Shown: positions 56,788 through 64,000 of the stretch, in pieces
Numbering within the stretch: position 1 is the stretch's first letter
Layout of the letters: every line of letters starts with the position of its first letter
Source of the DNA: Octopus vulgaris
Lineage: Eukaryota
Direction of reading: 5' to 3'
Assembly (NCBI GenBank): GCA_951406725.2
Contig: OX597815.1
Span: 81,840,001-81,904,000 of the forward strand
Length of the DNA: 64,000 nt
Notes under the pieces: model-generated
Told to the model about the DNA's origin: nothing
The model's input: the letters and a program-made list of their open reading frames with translations, nothing else
Databases searched by the model: none
Made by a program: the position numbers and the translations under genes

Positions 56788-57860
56788 TCGAGGGTTCTAC
56801 AAATAATAATGTAATGCGGGCATAATTTTATTTTACTAACTTACACAGGGCGTTCAAACTGCACGAAGTTACCATCCAGTATAGTCTCCCTCACAAGCGA
56901 TCAACTTGCATCATCGTAGAATCCGACTTACGAAACCTCTTTGAAAATTTCAGATGTGCACCTTTCTTACTACACTTCTTACCGCCACTTTCACCTTGTG
57001 TTTGTCTTCAGTTCGCTGTCCCTGAGGATAGATCCGAGATGTGTAATTGGATGGAAGGCCGCTGGTCTCCCATATTTATCGACGGGTTGATTTGTGGTCA
57101 AACATTACATGGTGAATGTGGATCATTTTCGGATTCTTGTTCGGTCACCTTTTCTGAATGGCTTCTTCAAGCTTTTTAGATGTTTCAGTGTACCTCTCAC
57201 TGTTCACGGTACAACCATGTTTTAAAAACACCAAGGAGAATGACGCTCTTGTCATCCACCGAATCATTCACTATTATTTTCTTTGCCACCCGCTCTCACT
57301 TTTTCTTATTAGGCCTTAGAGAAGAGATGTGACTCCATTCCATGGACTGAACGTTCATTTTCGGATCATAAAGATACAGCCACACTTTATCCCATGTCAC
57401 CAGATAGGGAACAACCTATCTTCATTGGCTTTAAACGCTTCTAGCAGATCAGCGAAGACTTCTACACTTTTCTTCTTCAAATTGGGCGTAAACTGTCATG
57501 GTGCCCAGTTTATACACGTTTTCTAATATGCAATGTCATTCCCTACGATCTGCAACTCATTATGATCACCACTTATTTATACAGCAAGCTCACAAATTGT
57601 GATTTGTCTGTCAGTGCGAATCGATTTGCCAACATTTTGCATCCGTGGTTATAGTCGGTAGTCTTCCAGTGTCTGATTTATTAGCAATGCTGACTTCCTC
57701 GTCTTCCTCTTTAAACTTCTTCATCCATTTGGGTACCACAGTGTCATCACAGCAAACAACGTTTCACTGTTCGTAGCCTGCACCCTCTTCTACGACTCGA
57801 AGTGAATGAAAACACGCTGTTTCAACTAGGAACCCGTAATTTGCCTACAATGAAGAACAG
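56788..57860 (-). mobile_element. Decayed mariner transposon
   Basis: LVTWDKVWLYLYDPKMNVQSMEWSH resembles IVTGDE.W..YDPE.K.QSMEW.H; C-terminal IACEGDY; cgaggg terminus at 56789. Confidence 0.85.
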
Positions 57861-57897
57861 TAAGGAGATGTACAATAGTGGTAGAGTTACTCTAATA

Positions 57898-58113
57898 ATC
57901 TTTTCTACTATAGACACAAGTCCCGAAATTTCGAGGAAAGGATGCATGTCGATTACATAGACTCCAGTACTCACCTGGTACTTATTTTATTGACCCAGGA
58001 AAATGAAAAGTAAAGTCGACCTCGGTGGCATTTGTACTCAGAACATAAAGACGGACGAAATGCCGCTAAGCATTTTGTTCGGCGCAGTAACGATTCTACC
58101 AGCTAGCCACCTT
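57898..58113 (-). mobile_element. SINE family A
   Basis: ctggtacttattttattgaccc...aaagtcgacctcggtggcattt...gacggacgaaatgccgctaagc. Confidence 0.8.
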
Positions 58114-59795
58114 AGAGTCACTCTGATAAAATGTGCAATTAGATTGATATAGGTCAGTTAACAAAATGTTATACCCAGTTTTGCACTACTTTCGGTACTA
58201 CTCTTGTACATAGACATATACACGTAAGTAAGAGTAAATATATAAACACGCCTTGTAATGTGCACGTTTACACGCATGTATACACGTTTTAGATACACAC
58301 ATATGCAAAAAAGCATACGTCCCAGTACACAGACGTACACGTACGCATGCTTAGTCTTAGACACACTTATATACATACACTCACATACAGACACATATGC
58401 ACATGGAGACAGAGAAGCACGCAAATATATATTTATACACATAAAGGTACATACAGACACATGTACGCACGCATGAGCACATGACAAGAAAGTTAACCAC
58501 ATTGCCATTAATTATATCGATATAGCAATTTAAAATTGTGTCTGAACTTTCTGATCTAAAAGAAACTTGATAGAAAATAGAGGAAGGATACACAAAATAA
58601 GAGATGCAAAGATGAAAAAAAAATTAGTAAAAATAGTCTAGAAGAAAATAAGCGACAACAACTACAATAACAATAATGATAATGATAACAACCGCAACAA
58701 CAATAATGATAACAATAACAACCATAACAGCAGCGATAGCAACAATAACTGGACAATTAGAATGTTTGTTTGATAAAATGGAGAGACTATTTGATCGGGC
58801 GCATAGGTTGTGGTTAGTTGAGTTAACCCGTATATATTACTGGTACTACTTGGTTTTGTTGATTTACTCCTATATTCTGAGCTTGAATGACAAAGTTGAG
58901 ACTTCTGCCTTAAATATGAAGTCAGAATGTAAAGAACTACATAACAACAAAGCAAAATATTAATAATAGCAATGATCGTAATTTTTACTATTTCGGCGCA
59001 TGACCTGATATTTATAGGAAGGGAATGTAATCAATTGACTTAAAACTAGTACATTAGTGATACATATTTGCCATAGTTGAGGAGGGACAGCGCCCACAAC
59101 TTTTCCAGGACTTACCCTTCTTTAAGAAGGCCTTGTTTCGAATGCTTGCAACGAATTATCGTCCTCTAAAGTCACTCAAGAACCACTGGTGGTTTTAAAC
59201 TGGGTAACGGGTTAACCAATTGTTTCATTGATGGGCTTCTATATAGCTTCTATCTTTCAAATTCTACTCATCAGTCTTTGCTCAAGTCGAGGATACTCAC
59301 CCAAGCTGTTACAATCACGTTTTCGTGAAACGAACTTCTTACACAATCAAGCTAAAATGTCAATAAATTTGAACTGAAAAACTAATACTATCGATTAAGA
59401 AAGGTGCAAGGTCGTAAACTGCTGAGGAAGATTTTGAACTTTTAAATTAATCAATTCCAAATACTTAACTGGTGAGTGTGGTTTACCGAAAAGATGAGTA
59501 GCAAAGTGAGCCCTGCAAAATTGGAAGGAAAATTAAATCCTAGTAGGAATGGAACCCAGAACAGCGTACAAAATATAACAAAGTATTTAAGAGTCTAACT
59601 TCTCTGCCAATCTATCACCCTAATAATAGGGGATGATGAATCCATCTCCCAAAGTAGAACTTTTATCGGCTCCAGAATATGAAAAGCAAAGTTGACCTCG
59701 GTATGATTTGAACTCAAAACACAAAAAGCTGAAACAAAGATATTTTGACCAATGCTCTAACGATTTTGCCATATACCACCTTCTACTGCCTTAAT

Positions 59796-60000
59796 AATCC
59801 TTTCTGCTAGAGGCACAACACCTGAAATATTGGAGCAGGAGGTTAGTCGATTACATCGACCCCAGTGTTCAACTGGTACTTATTTTATGAAACCCGAAAG
59901 ACAAAGTCGACCTCGGCAGAATTTGAATACAGAACGTAAAGACGGGTGAAATGCTGCTAAGCATTTTACCTGGCGTGCTAACGTTCCTGTCAGCTCGCTG
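59796..60000 (-). mobile_element. SINE family A
   Basis: gtcgattacatcgaccccagtgttcaactggtact...gtcgacctcggcagaatttg...cagctcgctg. Confidence 0.8.
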
Positions 60001-60415
60001 CTTGTTCTACTGCCTTCATAATAAGGATTTCAAATGCACAGACAATTAAATAGCAAAGCCAGATCACATATCTATATGGGTGAGAAGTTCGCATTATAAT
60101 TGATGCATCAGAGCTGACTTGGAGCTGAAGAACAGTCACGATAGAACCCATGTTCTTTTTTTTTTCTTTATCTTGCAACTTTCTTTTTATAACAACGACA
60201 AATAATCGATAATTACGAAACCAAAAAGATTATATATATATATATATATATATATATTTTATAATTATAAGCATAATTATAATTAGGGTTCAGCTAATTG
60301 CTTCACCACATACCGAATTTAGAAATAGGTGTTAAAATTTCTTTTCTACTATTATAAGAATCTCCATGACGGTAACATACTTTTTTACGAAGGCAAATAG
60401 AAAAACAAAAGATTA

Positions 60416-60474
60416 ACTATATACGCGTTTCGCGATTAAAGTATTTTAAAATTTACTTTTCTCTTCAGTATAGT
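60416..60474 (-). ncRNA. Minimal type-I hammerhead ribozyme, canonical core
   Basis: Reverse complement actata CTGAAGA g aaaagtaaattttaaaatactttaatcg c GAAA cgcg TA tatagt: perfect 6-bp stem I, palindromic cgcg stem III, GUA triplet. Confidence 0.8.
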
Positions 60475-60522
60475 ATTTCCAATTATAAAATTTGAAAGTA
60501 CATGACGGGCAAAATGCTTTGC

Positions 60523-60587
<65 letters not shown>

Positions 60588-60599
60588 GTATGTATATAG

Positions 60600-60800
60600 G
60601 TTGCACATTTTGGTACAAGGCCAGCACCTTCGGGGAAGTCGAGTTAATTGACCACAGTCCTCAACTGGTACTTATTATATCAACTCCGAAAGGATGAAAG
60701 GTAAATCAACCTCAGTGGAATTTGAGCTCAGAACGTAAAGACAGACGAAATGCCGCTAAGTATTTTGCCCATCATGTTAATGATTCTACTAGGTAGCTGC
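60600..60800 (-). mobile_element. SINE family A
   Basis: tcaactggtacttattatatc...gaaaggatgaaaggt...cagaacgtaaagacagacgaaatgccgctaag. Confidence 0.8.
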
Positions 60801-61055
60801 TTTCGGAAGAGGTATACATATGATTTGACATTTTCCACTCTAGTATATTGACCGTATAGATTTAAGGGTATTATTAAAAATCAATAAATTAAATAAACAT
60901 TCGCTATAAATAATTCACTATTGAATTGCTTAATAGAGGTTATTTCTCTAAATTATATACATATATTATATACTGTGTAATTTGATTTAGGATTCCTAAA
61001 TTGAATTTTTCCCTGTAAGTTTGTAATTATATTCCCTACTATTATATATATATAT

Positions 61056-61592
61056 AATTTACAATATAAGGGCAAAAGAAAAATTCTAATGCCAAATATG
61101 CCGAAAAAAGACAAAAATTGTCAATTAGCCATTATAATTTATGCATCTCGAAACAAACCGATAGAAATTTCTAAAAAATTCGTTATTACCGTATTGGACC
61201 AATTTCGGAGTTAATTCATAAGAATTTTCTCCTCTTCAGCAGCAAATACGCGAGATATAAGTGAAATACTTACTCATACCCATGGGAAAAGCAAACACCA
61301 AGTCCTGAGCAGACCTAAGTACCCAAAATATATCCAAAATAGGAAATCTTCGGCACGTCTCGAGACACGTGTGATTCGAACTAGAAACTTTCACAGAGTG
61401 ATAGAATCCGGAAGTGAAAAATTTTATCCTACATTAGTTATAAATTTTAATAGTGTTCACTTCCGGATTCTATTTTTCTTTTGCCCTTATATTGTAAATT
61501 ATTTATAAATTTAATCTTTAAATATATTTTTTGATATGCTGGCCATTGATAAAATATTTTTTCCCGAAAATATTTTTATCCTACATTAGTTA
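61056..61592. mobile_element. Hammerhead-bearing element with inverted segments, between (TA)n tracts (Penelope-like)
   Basis: aatttacaatataagggcaaaagaaaaat (61056) is inverted at 61472-61500; atagaatccggaagtgaa (61401) is inverted at 61456-61473; ttttatcctacattagtta is repeated directly. Confidence 0.65.
61190..61250 (-). ncRNA. Minimal type-I hammerhead fold, canonical core
   Basis: cgtatttgctg CTGAAGA ggag aaaattcttatgaattaa ctcc GAAA ttgg TC caatacg: perfect ggag/ctcc stem II, GUC triplet; stem I bulged, stem III weak. Confidence 0.65.
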
Positions 61593-61707
61593 TTATATAT
61601 ATATATATATATCTGTAGAAGGTTGAAAAGGAACAAACAAGTTGATATGTATAAGGAAAATAAGACAGGGTAGAAAATGCTAAAATAATTTTATAGTAAA
61701 AAAAACA

Positions 61708-61749
61708 TTTTAGTACCGGTTTCAGTCATTGAGACTTTTACAACTTAGA
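61708..61749 (-). ncRNA. Hammerhead-like fold, U3:A8 variant (A6 mutated)
   Basis: ctaag TTGTAAA agtc tcaat gact GAAA ccgg TA ctaaa; stem I weak. Confidence 0.5.
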
Positions 61750-61853
61750 GTAAAGTATGAAGAACAATTAAATTGCGGAAAAAGTAAACTCAATTTAAAA
61801 AAAAGAACATTTCATTTAATTTTTCCAGTATTTAATTGTTTTTCATATATTAA

Positions 61854-61895
61854 TCTAAGTTGAAAAATTCGCAATGAATGAAACCGCTCCTAAAA
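61854..61895 (+). ncRNA. Hammerhead-like fold, U3:A8 variant
   Basis: ctaag TTGAAAA attc gcaat gaat GAAA ccgc TC ctaaaa; stem II covaries with the other arm. Confidence 0.5.
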
Positions 61896-61975
61896 TGTTC
61901 TTTACGATAAAATTATCTTAGCATTTTGTCTTATTTTCCATATATATATATATATATATATATGTACGTATGTAT

Positions 61976-62044
<69 letters not shown>

Positions 62045-62226
62045 GCTGAAATTTATAGAAAAGCAAAAGACGAAGGCAGATGTATGAGCAACAAGCAGCT
62101 GTATTAGTTTAACACCCGGGAAAGTGAGAAAGTATTTTACGTCTCGAGCCTACGCTCTTCAACAGAAAGGAATGAGAGAAAATATGCAGAGAGAATATAT
62201 ATATAAATATATATATGTGTGTGTGT

Positions 62227-62270
<44 letters not shown>

Positions 62271-62521
62271 ATGATTGTGTGTCCTTGTGTCTGCATTGGT
62301 TCCTTGACAACCGGTGTTGAATTGTTTACGTACTCGTAACCTAGCAATTCAACAAAAGAGACTGATGAATTGAATAGCAAAGCCAGGAGGCATACCTACG
62401 TGGTCGAGAAGTTCGCATTATAATTGGTGCATCCAAACGTAAATAAATATTGGGGTCGATTCATTTGGCTATAACTCTTCAAAGCGGTACCCCAGCTTGG
62501 CCACAGTCCAATGACAAACAA

Positions 62522-62573
<52 letters not shown>

Positions 62574-62875
62574 CAGTATGTCATTATTGCATAAACTGAT
62601 CATTGCATGTTATGATAGATCTACGATGTTCGAATGGGTATGGCCTCGATAATCGGGAGGTAACTCAAAAGTCCTTACATCGTTTAGCTCTAAAACCCAG
62701 TTTTTCTTTTCTCTTCTGAATGACATTATCAGTTCACGAGTACGTAAATCATGTTCTTGGGACGAAAGAGGTCGGTCACTACCTCTTATCAGATATTGTA
62801 GTGTACTTCGGTGCACTATGCAATATAACCGACTACTCATGTAACCGACTACTTAAGTTCTGTTGAAAAAAGACT

Positions 62876-62966
<91 letters not shown>

Positions 62967-63100
62967 GTATATATATATATGTATATATATATGTATATAT
63001 ATATATGTATATATATATGTATATATATATATGTATATATTTATATATATATATATAGGTATACATATATATGTATATATATATATGTAAGTATATATAC

Positions 63101-63151
<51 letters not shown>

Positions 63152-63503
63152 GTGTGTGTGTGTGTGTGTGTGTTGTGTGTACATATCGTATATGTGTGTG
63201 TATAGAATGAAAAAAAAAAAAGAGAATAGTCATCTATACACATACGCATTCTTTCAGACTTGCAAACACTCAGGCGGACGTATGAACACAAACATAAATA
63301 TACGCATTCCCAGAAACGGATTTAAATATAAACACATCTGGATCTGGGCGTCTGTTCTAACTGAATAAGTAAACTACACACACACACACAAACACAAACA
63401 CACACACATCTTTATCATTGACATATACACCCTCATACGCACAGACGTGTGTTCGTGCGCATGTGAGCAAGTGCGTATGTCTGTATGCTCATATTCATGT
63501 ACG

Positions 63504-63535
<32 letters not shown>

Positions 63536-63734
63536 TGTATGTATATATATATATACACATATATACATATATAGATATGTATGTAAGCATGTATGTGGGC
63601 GTGTATATGTGTGCGTGTGTGTATAAATAAATGCACAAACACACATACAAACACACACTTATATGTACGTGAGTACCCACAAATGCATATCGTATTATTG
63701 CGTATATACATGCATATCTATACATACACATATA

Positions 63735-63829
63735 TACATACATATATAAATAACTGTGTTATTGTGTGTGTGTATGTATAGATATGTATGTATATACGCA
63801 TTAATCCGATATGCACATCTATCTTATTA

Positions 63830-63862
<33 letters not shown>

Positions 63863-63952
63863 CATACATACATATATAAATAACTGTGTTATTGTGTGTG
63901 TGTATGTATAGATATGTATATACGCATTAATCCGATATGCACATATATCCTA

Positions 63953-63965
<13 letters not shown>
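63735..63965. repeat. Local tandem duplication of about 130 bp bounded by (TA)n
   Basis: aaataactgtgttattgtgtgtg...tacgcattaatccgatatgcacat occurs twice. Confidence 0.85.

Positions 63966-64000
<35 letters not shown>

Larger units (their letters stand above)
61655..61939. mobile_element. Diverged palindromic hammerhead-bearing element between (TA)n tracts
   Basis: Arms of about 130 bp (ggaaaataagac...ggaaaaagtaaa / tttaatttttcc...gtcttattttcc) with numerous substitutions. Confidence 0.7.

Overview
AT-rich, microsatellite-saturated animal DNA with no recognisable host protein-coding gene; nearly all listed ORFs are translations of simple repeats. The repeat content resembles octopus (coleoid cephalopod) intronic or intergenic DNA; this is an inference from family resemblance, not a database result. 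The window holds four tRNA-headed SINE families plus an RTE-tail repeat, decayed LINE fragments (RTE, CR1, R4/Dong-like, HERO/NeSL-like), DNA-transposon remnants (hAT Charlie/Buster, mariner, Tc1/IS630-like, a Chapaev3-like MITE) and a non-autonomous Helitron. The most interesting signal is a set of short non-coding elements beside (TA)n tracts, arranged as palindromes or partial tandems, that carry minimal type-I hammerhead ribozyme folds with very short, mostly palindromic stem III. Cores include canonical C3:G8 (9156, 60416, 61190) and compensatory G3:C8 (5444, 5576) and U3:A8 (61708, 61854) variants. This fits several Penelope-like or retrozyme families. All folds were read by eye and activity is untested; boundaries of decayed repeats are approximate.
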